This document shows positions 50,122 through 62,727 of a stretch of 64,000 nt of DNA, piece by piece. The position numbers were made by a program, and so were the translations under genes. How positions within the stretch are numbered: the first letter of the stretch is position 1; each line of letters begins with the position of its first letter. Source of the DNA: Schmidtea nova (lineage: Eukaryota); NCBI GenBank assembly GCA_044892505.1, contig CM097883.1, positions 147,994,001 through 148,058,000 on the forward strand, read 5' to 3'. The notes beneath the pieces were generated by a model. It worked only from the letters and a program-made list of their open reading frames with translations, ran no database searches and was not told the DNA's origin.

Positions 50122-52030
50122 CGGTATGAGAATATTATAGAGGACACTGAGGTAACAGCATTGATGCCACCAGAGCAAGAGTGGAGATTCAAAATAAACC
50201 CCAAATTGAGAGTAGAACCGTTAATACAAAAATTAACTGAACGGTTCAGAGGACCGACATGAGAAGTTTAATTATGTAGTGCTCCGCTTCAAAGATCGGA
50301 GACGCTAATAAAAAGTGGTATTTTGCCCGGAATACAAAATATTGTGAACGTAAAAATAGCTAAAGTAGAAGTCCCGGTAGTGGACGCTAATAACATATTC
50401 ATTATCACAGAGATGGATATGGAACAGCTGCTGGAAACAAGGGCAATTGCCATGAAACTGGGACGTGAAATAATGCAAAGTCCCCGAAATCAAAAGAATA
50501 TTAGACAAATGCTAGACTGGATGATTACATTACGTATACCAACAGAGACATTATATGATATTGCATATTTGATCCATCCACTAATGAAGGAAGTAACACG
50601 ATATCAGCCACAGTTAAAGATATTGATGACCAAACATGGACAAGCAATTCGGCATCAGCCCAACAAGCAAGGTCCGATAAATATAGATATCAGGGTGCCC
50701 GCCAAGAATCCCCAGGTACACAGACATTCAGTCAATAATTTATTAACAAAAACAAAGCATGACCTCGCATGCAGAAACATTTGGTAGGATCTTCCCGCAA
50801 GCGAGCGTCCCCTACCTCTGGAAAAGGAAAAAGCTGGTATGGTATTTTATGGAGTTGTCCGTATTTGCTTGGTCAATGAGGAGATCATATAGATCGGTTA
50901 GTTCATTGTCTGTTTTTATCATTCCATCGAATTTTTTTAATTCTTGATTGAGAGCATCTATATTATCTTTTTGGCAGTGGATTTTCATTATCTGATGTGA
51001 TTTTTCAAATATTTCTTTGAGTGCTTCTTTTTTCTCACAAATAATGCTTATTTGCTTTATAATCTCTTTCGTAGTGATGTTAGCTTTTTGAGGTTTTATT
51101 TAAATGTTGCTGTTTTCATTTGATTGATTTGTGAAGGATTCAGAGGGGATCTGATTTTTATTTTCTTTAGGAGTACTGATTGTTGGTATTTCTGTGATGA
51201 TTTTGAATTTGTCTGAATCTTCGTAGGTTTCCATTTGATCATGAGGAATTATTTGTTCTGTATCTGGATTTTCTATAACCCTTTCTGCAAGGAGGGTTAT
51301 AGTCTTTTGGAATTTGTAAGATTTAGCTATTCCAATGATATTTCTATGAATGTAGTATTGGAAAAAATTGGCAATTCTAAAAGTTGAGAAATAAAATAGA
51401 AGAAGTTGTAGACTATCTGTTCCTAATAATGATTCAGGGAAGTCAAGTCGATGATGACGAGTACTTAGTAGATGCGGGATGCCTACCACACGAAACTAAT
51501 ATAGCCACAATAATTCCTTTAACACCACCTAGAGAGCAGTGGTCAGTATTGAGATTGCCAGGCACAGCAGAGTAGGATCAACCGAACGTAGTGACAGAAC
51601 CGAGAAAAATGCCTGTAGACCTGGATGAGGAGGGAAATCATTAGGGAATTAAAGCCTAGTCTACATATTGAACCAGAACCGAGTATAAACATAGAAAATG
51701 TTACTCAAGCTATTAAAGGAATCATGCACAAGATCCCTAAAACAGTTGCTGAAAAAGAAATATCAGATACGGTGGAAAGATTCTTTCATGAGGGACTAAC
51801 CAGAGGAAAAGTCGTTATAATACTTGTCATGTTCATCAAAAGATTACTTGCTAATGTAGGTAGCAATCGAAAACGACTTGACCCAGATTTGGAACATATA
51901 ATACCAATGATAGAATGGTATTTTGGGGCCTTGGATGACAGAAAACGAGTTCTGGCAGAAACCCATCAACAAACAACCTCGATACATATTAAATGATAAC
52001 TCACTGAACGTCGAAAATCTCGGATCCGAA

Positions 52031-53880
52031 GGTTTGGCTAATATAATGTTAATGTTATTAATGGGAATGTGAATAATTAAGCAAGTAAACCCGTTAACTG
52101 CTTACGATTGTGGAAATCCAACATTGAATGGAATATATTCTTTGGTAGACACAATAGAATGCACAGAGGCATATCCAGACAGAGTTCAGTTAGGAGAGAA
52201 ACTTGAGTATCATTTATACTAAGAAACTGACTTTTATCGAACAAGAGTGAGGGAATGTAGTCTACAGAGAGCAGAATTCGAATATTAGTGTGGAAGACAT
52301 AGTTATTCTGCATTTTTGGCCGACAACCTCATTCCTCAAACAGTAACAGTTCAGCCAGAGGACTGTGAAGACGCTTTCAGGACAGGTAAATTGAAAATAG
52401 ACGCAGAAGTGTCGATTATAGCTGAAGTGGGCAAAGCACTAGCTATAACAATTACTAGAGGAGGGATTATCAAATCTGCTGGTACATGCGAGGACAGAAA
52501 GAAATTGAGAGGATCAGATATTATTGATAGCGTTGTCACTATTCAAGATTACACGATATAATTGCGAGAGTATGAAGGGACATTTGATGTTGGAACGGGG
52601 AAAATGATGGTTCACCCGGAATGTAATGAGAAATATGGGCAGTGTAAAACAGACAAAGCAACACTTCTATATCAAGCTAAAAGAGATTTCTGCGAGCTTC
52701 GGTTATTAAAGAAAATTACATTTAATGAAATCAATGGCACCAAATTCTCAAACAAAGATAAATCCGGAAAAATCTGGGGAGATAAAGTGATGAATCAGCT
52801 TAGCAAACCAACAATTAGAGAAAAAGATATGCCGGTAGTGTTAGTATCAGCAGATGCTACTGACGCCATACGATTGGTTAGAAAATCACAAAATATGAAA
52901 TGTAACACTTAACCTATCAAACGAATTACAAAGGGATATACTTATCTGTTAAATATATACAAGCAGCAGACAAAATTCATTGGAGTGATATTAAAATTAC
53001 AAATTATGTCAATTATAAGATCGATTATCTATATCACGATCTACAGAAACAGATACAGGATATTTATCAAGAGGTGATTTTAAATGACTGCAAGCTGAAT
53101 CGAGAAATAATACGAAATAGGTTAGCTATTTTAATAGCGAACCCAGATCTGGTAACACCAATGCTCATGGAGGACGGAACGTTTGGACGTATTCTGGGAG
53201 AAGCCAAATACAGTTATCAATGTACTCCAGTCGAAGTTGAATTGACCCGACATAGCCAATGTACGTTAGAACTACCAGTAATGTATGGTACGCAATTGAG
53301 GTTTGTGATGCCAGTAACACACCAACTGTTACTGGAAGGCACAAACCCACAACCAGCTATTTGTAAACCAGCAATATCACCACTTTATAAAATCCAAATC
53401 AATGGATATCGCTATCAGACAGAAAACCACCAGCTAAGCCAATGGAGATTTTACAAGCAGCAAAGTTAGAAAACAAAATCGAATCACAAACATTAGACCA
53501 AATGGCTAAAGGTGCATTATATACAACATAATATTTTGAAGAAGCCAGAAAGGCAATAACATTTCCTCAGGTAAGAGACCGAGGAATTACCGAAATAATA
53601 AATAAAATATACCAAACGATTGATGGAAAACCAAATTACAACCTCGTACTCGGTCCAGAACATTACAAAACAGCAGCAAAGAATGTAATGAAAAGAATTT
53701 GTGGGAGATTCACTAGTTTTGGCATCTTTGTTGCAGGATGCTCAGGTGTATATGCTATCCTCGTAATTGTAAAAGTCATATTCTCTCAATTAATATCAAT
53801 GTATAGCATTTTTAAAATAGGGGGTTGGTCATGGAATTTAATACTGGGACTATGTCCCGTTTGCACAAAATTCACAGTTT
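52031..53880 (+). pseudogene. Class III-type envelope glycoprotein of element 2 (disrupted)
   Basis: Signal-peptide-like LANIMLMLLMGM, then TAYDCGNP; CKLNREIIRNRLAILIANPDLVTPML...GRILGE...QC.PVEV...CTLELPV is colinear with element 1; C-terminal TM segments. Confidence 0.85.
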
Positions 53881-54459
53881 TTAGACATCACAAAGGGGAA
53901 ATCAAAAAGATGAAAATAAAAGAGTTAATAAAGCATGAGGTAGTACGCGAAATCATAGATAATTACAATCATCGGGACGATGATAATTCCGACGGGGGAG
54001 GTAACATAGGGGTACTTTCTACTCAAAATAATATTCATAACAAAACACACACTAAAATACCGAAACGTAAACGAACGCAAAACAGATACCTACCTCCTTA
54101 TGATTCAGAATTCAATTTGTTACCCAAAATTGAGCAGATTAACGAAAATATAGACAATACATCAGTATCCACATTATTCGAGGATAGACAAGATAGTTAT
54201 AGGGCCATAAACAAAAGTAGATTTCCTACAACATTTACAACAATTAGAAGCCCACCTAAATACGTAGAGTTACCCAACATACCAAATATATCAATGAATC
54301 TAAATCCAACATACCCATTTAATGAACTTGAACAACTAAGAGACAGATTTGACACAGAACCTACTAATAGTGAAGCTGAGAGAAGAGAAGCTCAAAATTT
54401 CAGTGTAAATTTACTGGAACTGACAACTGTGTTAATGATATCTAACAAAGGATCTACCA

Positions 54460-57425
54460 AAAAACCCACTATTAATATTAAAATCAATAGACATAATGTG
54501 TATGCTATCATTGACTCTGGTTTAGACATAACCACTGTAGAGGCAAATTTGTTAAACGAGGCAGAGCTGACAAGCATCCAACCGGCCCAAACTAATGCGA
54601 CAGAAGCAAATGGGCAAGCAATCAATATCATAGGAAGATTAGACTGTGTCATGAAATTATGTGACCAGGAATTCAGACATGACATAAATGTTAACAGACA
54701 ATGTCCAGTCAAATGTATTTTAGGTATGGACGTCCTTCAAAAATTAAAAGGAGTAGTCTTCGACTGTGCCACAGGTTCACTAGTACGTGTAGTGGGAAAT
54801 AGGAAAAGAGTTTACAATGAAGATGTCGTATATTTAGATAAAATAACAATAATTCCGCCGAGAACTGAGAAGGTATGTTTTGTAGCTACATACGAAAGTG
54901 TAAAGGGAGATATAATATTCGAGCCAGGCAAAGATTTTTTGGTTAAGTATAAAACCCCGGTCGCACCATCAGTAGCTACTGTTAGAAATGCTCAGATTCC
55001 AGTATTAATAACCAATTGGGATCAACATCCATTAAAATTATACCCAGAAACCAAAATAGGGAGAGTATTGGTACCTGGCAACAATCCAAAAGAAAATGAG
55101 ACCATATTATCCATTCAGGAAAAACAAGACCTCGACATAGAATATTATGGAGCACCTGTATGCAACAGTACTATGTTGACACGTAAGAAAAATATACAAG
55201 TAAATATGTTACTCAGAAAATACGATACAATTTTTGCCAAACACGAGTACGATTTAGGCAAAACCAACATTTTAGAACATGAAATCCCGTTGAAGCATGA
55301 TTCGAAGCACATTAAAATGCATCCTTATAGAATCCCACAAACGTTAGAGAAAGTGGTTGATACACAAGTGAAGTTAATATTGAAATATGATATTATCAGA
55401 CCTAGTAAGTCGCCATATCAGTCACCAATGATAGTGGTTGCGAAAAAAGATGGGTCGGTACGTTTAGGCAACGATTACCGTAGAGTAAACGAGGAGACAA
55501 TAAAGGATAGTCATCCATTGACATTGTTGGATAAGGTCTATGATAAAATGAAAAATGCGAGAATATTTTTGATACTTGATGCACAAAAGGGGTTTTACCA
55601 AATACCCATGAAAGAAAGCTCCATACCAATAACAGGATTCTCTACTAGTACAGGTCATTGTGAATACGTAGTTATGCCATTTGGATTAACAGGCGTTCCC
55701 GCCACTTATCAAAGAGCGATGAATTTTTTTGTTAATGGACGCACATCACGCCATTGTATATATCGACGATGTCATCATTTTTTCGGAAAGCTTAGAAAAG
55801 CATATGGAACATCTGAAAGATGTGTTTAAACGATTTATGATGGCAAACCTCAAAATTAAACCTACTAAGTGTAAATGGGCGGAAGCTGAAGTAACTTGTG
55901 TAGGACATGTAATCTCACAAGATTGTGTCAAACCAGATCCGGCAAATAACGAAAAAGTCAGAAACTTTCTGATACCTAAGAATGTGAAACAACTAAAAGG
56001 ATTTTTAGGACTAGCAGGATATTATCGCAAGTTTTTTCGAAACTTTTTGGCAATAGCTTTTCCATTAACTAACTTGGAAAAGAAAGGTGTCAAATTCGAG
56101 TGGAAACCTGAACACCAAGAAGCGTTCGATAAATTAAAAGAATTACTATTACAACCACCAATCTTACGATTTCTTGATTTTGGGAAACAGTTCATAGTTA
56201 TGACGGATGCTAGCACGCATGGGATAGGTGCGGTGCTAGGACAAAAAGATGATTTAGGCGGTGAGTATGTGATTGCATATGCCAGCAGGGGTCTAAAGCC
56301 ACACGAAAGGAACTATGCTGTTATAGAACTAGAAGCATTAGCCTTGGTATTCGCTGTGGAGAAATTTAGACATTACCTATAGTGAAGAAAAATTCTGATT
56401 TAGACTGATCATAGACCATTACAATGGTTATTAAAACATTGCGAAGATGCGACGAAATTAGTCCATTGGGCATTAAAGTTACAGCTATATGATATCGATA
56501 TAATCTACAGAAAAGGCAAGGCAAATGGAAATGTGGACGCTTTATCCAGGGTGGAACAGATTCCCGAAACTAATCAAATTCAAGAAGAACGATTGGAGGG
56601 AACTATATTTGTATTAACCAGGTAGGCCAACTCATTATCCGAACTGATCGAAGCTCAAAAGAGTGACGAAGAAATCAACGTAGTTCGCCAAGCACTGGAA
56701 TCCAAATCGGTCCCCCATGAATTCATTAAATTCTGGGATAAGAACAAAGAAAAGTTCGTTCTAGAGGAAGGACTTGGAAAGTACTTGGAAACCAAAGATA
56801 ATGTGATTATGGTACCTAAAAAGTTTAGAGAAGCTCTGATGCTACAATATCACGATGGTGACTTGGGTGGTCATCTATCAGTGAGACATACCTTGTCAAA
56901 ATTGAAAAACAAATATTTCTGGCCTGACATGGTGAAAGATGTGAAATCTTGGTGTCAATCATGCAAAATTTGCAACACTAGAAGGAACACTTGGAAAAAG
57001 CTACACGTTCCGTTAAAACCTATGCCAGTACCATCTACCCCCATGGAAATGACAGCCATGGGAAATAAATTCATTATAGTCTTTTGTGACTATTTAACTA
57101 AATGGCCGGAAGCCTTTTCTATGCCTAACCATAAGGCAGATACAATCGCTAGAATTTTTGTTGAACAAATAGTTTTCAGGTATGGTGTTCCAACCAAGTT
57201 ACTCACCGACAGAGGGAGAGACTTTATGAGTAACCTCTTATAAAGGAATGAACGAGTACTTTGGAATACTTAAACTTAATACAACGCCATACCATCCACA
57301 GACTGACGGTCTCGTGGAAAGGTTTAATGGGACATTGGCCAACATGCTTGCTTTGTACGTTAACTCCGGACAAACGGATTTGGACATACACATCCCATCC
57401 TGTCTTTTCGCATATAGAAATGCGG
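54460..57425 (+). pseudogene. pol (PR-RT-RH-IN) of element 2, disrupted
   Basis: IIDSG, PFGLTGVPATYQR, YIDD, MTDAS and ELEA motifs; integrase lacks the segment with the first catalytic Asp (MEMTAM|GNKF) and ends at LFAYRNA. Confidence 0.9.
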
Positions 57426-59459
57426 TTGTAGATTTTATTTTTTTAAATGGAGAAACTCTTGTTCGAATTATTATGTTTTATTATACACAACTCCAGTGCC
57501 ATGCAAAATAACGATTTTCACTCAATAACAATAAATTACTCAAAAAATGCATTACTTAATTAAATTTTATTATAAAAATATCTATAACCTGATATAATAT
57601 AAAATTTCCTAGTGCGATTTCCAGCCGTCGCATAAGTTAATATGTCGACATAAAAAGTATAACGACCCAGTGTCAAGAAAAATAAAATCAAAAACAAAAA
57701 TCAAGATAATCTTAGAAAAAGATTAGAAAAATTTTATTTTTTTAATAAATAAATAGACACTTAAAACACAAAAACGAATGTCACAATCGAAAAATGCCAA
57801 AAAATATTCCATCAAGAAAAATAAATTGTTAAATTCCAGGGGGTAAATTAATAAAGCTTCGATTCTAAAGTAAAAATGTAATTTGTGAGACGACAAAATC
57901 TTACGTTTTCTATCGTGTTCATCGAATGGCCCTTGTCGTGAGCTTCTTCCAAATAGCCAGCCTGATACTAACACTTAAATCATCAATGAAATATTTTAAA
58001 AGGGAAAAATTAAGTTTTCATACCATTAGATTTTTGTGAATCCGTGGGAAATCTACTATCTAAAAATAGCCACTTGAGAATCAATAATTGTAATATGGTG
58101 ATTTGAATTCCCATAATATGAATTGACCAATCGTAGTCCTTTAATTTTTCATGCTCGCTTATATAGATTTTCTTTTCTTCGGGGAACGCAGATGATTCTG
58201 ATGAAAAGGCGATTTCTTGGTTTGAAATTTAACCTAAAATTTGAAAATAAAAATAAAATTCATAATTTTGGAGATGTCTATAAGATTAAATTAACATGTT
58301 ATTTGGAGAATTTATACCATTGCCGTTACTAAGGGCTCGGCAAAGTTTTAAAATTTAAATGTTGAATTTTGAGTATAAATCTTAAATTAATTATGAAAAG
58401 TAAGATAGGCATTAGGAAATAAGATATATGTATAGTATAGTTGGACTTGTACCTTCTAATTATAAAATTCACAAAGTATGAAATTAACAACTACATCTAT
58501 GGATGTAATAGCGGTCGAATAATACCGAGCATATACGCTTCTAAACAAAAATACGTATACCGAATTGAGTAGTGACATTATACTGATTTTGATTGGAAAT
58601 AAAATACGATTACCGGTATGATAAAATAAAGTTTGTGTGATTGTTATAGACTGTTTAATTACTAGAATAATTGCGTTTTGAGTGCTATGTGTTAATTTTA
58701 GAAAGTGAATCCAGATCAAAGGTTAGATGAACTCTTACGCAGATCCGCCAAATCTGCCTGACACGATTGACGGGAGGATATACGTCTTGCCGATCTCGAT
58801 GCCGAAAAGTTAGTGGGCGCGGAGGCATTACAGATAATGACCTCGTGGATGGAAATATTTCGAGCCCGTTGCCATGAGATGGAGGCAAACTCAAGCGTCA
58901 AAATCAGATGTTGATGCAACAAGCAGTGGAAGACGCCATGCGGCTGTGAGCCTGCGGAGTCTCCATTCGGGAGCATGAGGTCACCTTCACAAGATTGCAG
59001 ATAGAAAGTGGCATAATTGCGGCCGTCGTACCAAAGATGAGCATGCCAGCCCAGGAACTGTTTCCGGTGAGGGACGAGGAGGAAATAGTGGCACCTCATC
59101 AGTCGGAAAAACCCAAGCGCTGGAAAACTTGCAAAGGCGTGAGAGCACGACAAAAGTGCCGACAAGAAGCGCGTTTGTTGGGACAACTGCGGAAGACCAC
59201 AATCGAATCGTTAGGCGTAACAATCCTATGACTCTATGATTTGTTATATTATTTTAGCAATTATAATTTCATTTGTGCTTCATAACTTTCTTGTACGCAC
59301 TTAATAAAATTTTCTTACTTATTAATTGTTTTCTTTGTCATAAATTGTATGATGAGAGTGACTGATTAAATAATTGCCGTAAAGATGATAAATAACGAAC
59401 TCCAAAAATCGATCTTACCCGCACAAACTGGAACAGGATAGCGTAAGCTCAGCAAAGGG

Positions 59460-61520
59460 GCAAAAATGGGCATTAAATCTTTTATCGGTAGCCCTTGGAC
59501 CCAGGAGATATTAGGTCAATCATAGATTCGAGTTAATTGACGCTCACTGATTGCGTATACTCACACATTTGTTACATTACCAACGTTACATTGTGATAGG
59601 CAACAAGATGGTTAATCTAATGTTTTGTATGTCGAGTTGTTCATGTGAGCCATAGCAACGTCAAGGTCATATTGACGGTCAACAACCCACTAATATATAT
59701 ATATATATATATTCTATATTTATCTTCCTCTACTATGCAATATCTTATTTTTTATAATTTTAATCTTCGCCCATCTTCTAACATTAGTAATGTACCCACG
59801 TTTCCGTTCATTTCAAGTAGTGTTTAGGACCTTCGTATTTGTATTTGAAACCGCTTGTAATAAAGTTTTTTTATTGTGACCTTATCGACGATGAGATTTA
59901 CTTTTGATTGTTTGGGTTTATTGTCTTTTTTTGGGTTCTTATTTTGTTTCGTTTCGATTTGATTTTTCTTCAGTGTTGGAACTTTTTTCTGTTTTCTCAA
60001 TGTTTTCTGTAAGATTTGGTAAGTTTGTCGAGTGTCCGAAAGTTAGTTGGCTGGGGCATTTGTTGTTTATTGTTGTTTATATCCACGTTATTAAACATAC
60101 GATCATAAAAAGAATGACATATCCATAGACTCTCATAAAAAACATTCCTGAATTTCTAAAATTTACTCCAATCGAACTGCGAATGCCGAAATTTACCGTC
60201 TAAAAATTGAAAATCGTACAGGGAAATGCTTAATTTATTACAATTTCTGATAATTTCTTGATAATATCTATTCAAATTTTGGTGGGAAACGGTTGAAGCT
60301 GGTTAATCGAAATATGAAAACGTAGAGCCAAAACCCGCTTGAAAAGTAATCGGAAACTAGAATTTCATGTTTTAAAACCCTCTTAGTTGATATTTTGGGC
60401 AATCTGAACCTAAAAACTAAAGTTTTCAATTATAAATTAAAGTTTCATGCACTAAAATTTATTGTATCAGACCTAATTTAGCGGTAAAAAATAGAAAATA
60501 TAAAGAAAAGAACCAAAAAATTGATTTTTACAAAATTTTTTAATAAAAAGCGTCAGAATTTCACATTATTTATTACTGATATATTATTATTCCATCATAT
60601 TATTACAGTGAAATTAAGTTTTTCCATAATGTAGAATTATTGACCCCACAATTCGTTAAGAATTGAGTTGTCACAAATGGATGCACGAAATTTTCTTTTG
60701 TTTGTGGTTATTTTCGCCGAATAAACGAATGCAGTAAGTTGAAAAATTGAACTAATTTATCTTTCGTAAAATTCCAGGACCTTAATGATTGAAAATTTTG
60801 TCGATTTTTTCTTATGATAACGTAAATTCGACTATATACGCCTCAAATTCAATCACGTAAGCGCTAAGCGAAAAGTGGGAACTGATTTTTATTAACAATG
60901 ATTGTGATGCTTGAATCTGGTTTATGTGTTTATTATATGTATCCAGGATTCTGAATTAAACAAAATATTTTTGTTGTCTACACGTTAATAGTGAAATTTA
61001 TGTGCCTAAAAGGCTATAATAACATTTATATGTATTAATAATCCTAATATAATATTTTGTTTTAATTGTTATATTTTATTAAATTTCTCTAATTATTCTC
61101 ATTTTATTTTAAATTTTAGCTTGAATATTTAACTTAAATTAATACATCAAGCCTATTAATTTTACTGCATAAATGGTTCTTGGGGAAAAAGAAACACCAA
61201 ATTTTTCAACGATTAATATCATTGATTTCTAGATGTGCTAAAGTGATTTTGGTCGATAAATAAGACATAGTCATTATATACCAATGGACTAAAAGCGGGC
61301 AAAGAACCTTCTATCGGTCGCCCTTGAACCCAATGTTATGTTCAGTCAATCATAGTTTCGAATTTTTGACGCTCACTGATTGCGAATATTCTCTCATTTG
61401 TTGCATTATTTAACGTAACTTTTTAGTGGGCAATAAGATGGTTAGCTAATGTTTTATGTGTTGAGTTGTTGATGTGAGCCTCGGAAACGTCAAGGTCATA
61501 TTAACGGTCAACAATCCACC
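59460..61520 (-). pseudogene. Two diverged, decayed paralogous coding segments (59460-59692 and 61290-61520)
   Basis: ~230-bp direct repeat; the minus strand reads WVVDRQYDLDVAMAHMNNSTYKTL vs WIVDR*YDLDVSEAHINNSTHKTL, and FAISERQ / WVQG; both copies carry stops. Confidence 0.45.
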
Positions 61521-62213
61521 ATAAAGGAAGGCAAGGTGACGGATAAAATATTGTTCTTTTGCTTTTCCTTAGGTAAATAATTTAATTTAGTCAAAAAGGT
61601 AATGTTTTGTTAAGCCAAGCTTTACCATAGTTTTCGAGTCTAGGGTGACCTTAATTTTTCTTTGTAGATGCACGATCAGAAACAAGAATACAAAAGAAAA
61701 ATCAAAGAAAACTTCAGGTTACGAGTGAAAGCAGAACAAAGAGAAAACAATTTGTTGCTAAGGTGCCGGAAGCTTGAACACAAATGTTTCATCCCAGACT
61801 GAAGTGACAAAATTGAGATCCTCCAAGGACAATTAAATCAAAGCACGACGGAGATTAGGAATCTAAACGTGAAACTTAGGGAGTACTCGTTGGTTAACTA
61901 TCATAAGTCTATTCACAAAGTTATAACTGAAGCCGTAAAAACACTTACTTATGATGAGATTGAATTTTTCCCAAGTGATGACAGACCAGCCATTTCTAAT
62001 TCAATCGATGGAAACAAAACGAAAAGATCATACCAATGGTACTTACGCAAGGTTATAAAAATTAATATTTTGCTTATCACGATTTCTAAAGTTGCATAAT
62101 ATTTCAATAATAATTTCAATTTACCATTTAAATATTAAAATCATTTTTTCATTTTACATAGAATGTGTAATTTTTCGAGTGTTTAAATAATATAACGTAA
62201 TTTTTATATAAAA

Positions 62214-62727
62214 ATGGCAAATCGAACTGTCGGTGATGCTCATACAATTCATGGTAAAAATCCACAGAATCTTATCGAAAAAGTAATCAGAACAAGAATT
62301 TACGAATGTCGGTATTGGAAAGAAGAATGTTTTGCATTAACATGTGAGTGATTTTGAAATGTAATGTTAATTGATTAAAATTTATTTTATAATTCCTTTA
62401 GCTGAGCTTTTAGTTGACAAAGCCTGTGAATTGAGATATATTGGTGGTGTTTATGGTGGAAATAATATTCCAACTCCTTTTCTATGCTTATTACAAAAAA
62501 TGCTTCAAATTCAACCTGACAAGGATATTGTTATTGAATTTATTAAAAGAAATGAATTCAAGTTGAATTTGAATTTTGCTCTAAAGATTTTTTATGATAA
62601 TTTAGATATTGTCGAGCTCTTGGAGCATTATATTTACGCTTAACTGGTGATTCAACTGAAATATTCAAATATTTAGAAACGTTATATAATGATTATTCCA
62701 AATTGAAAAGACAAGAAGAAAGTGGAA
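62214..62727 (+). CDS. PRP38: Pre-mRNA splicing factor PRP38, exons 1-3 (62214-62343, 62402-62561, 62606-62727); 3' exons not found in the window
   Basis: Spliced product MANRTVGDAHTIHGKNPQNLIEKVIRTRIYECRYWKEECFALTSELLVDKACELRYIGGVYGG...TPFLCLLQKMLQIQPDKDIV...KYCRALGALYLRLTG; GT-AG introns of 58 and 44 nt keep the frame. Confidence 0.93.

Larger units (their letters stand above)
48511..57425 (+). mobile_element. Decayed env-bearing Ty3/Gypsy element (element 2), 3'-truncated within integrase
   Basis: Gag with two knuckles (CFNCHKRGHIAKEF, CHKCGKFGHIQRSC), AYDC glycoprotein, IDSG protease, YIDD RT, MTDAS RNase H and GHLS/CKIC integrase; many stops and frameshifts; no 3' LTR seen. Confidence 0.92.

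Noticed and set aside
62371-62643. 90-aa ORF as an independent gene
   Set aside because: It is PRP38 exon 2 read with flanking intron sequence.
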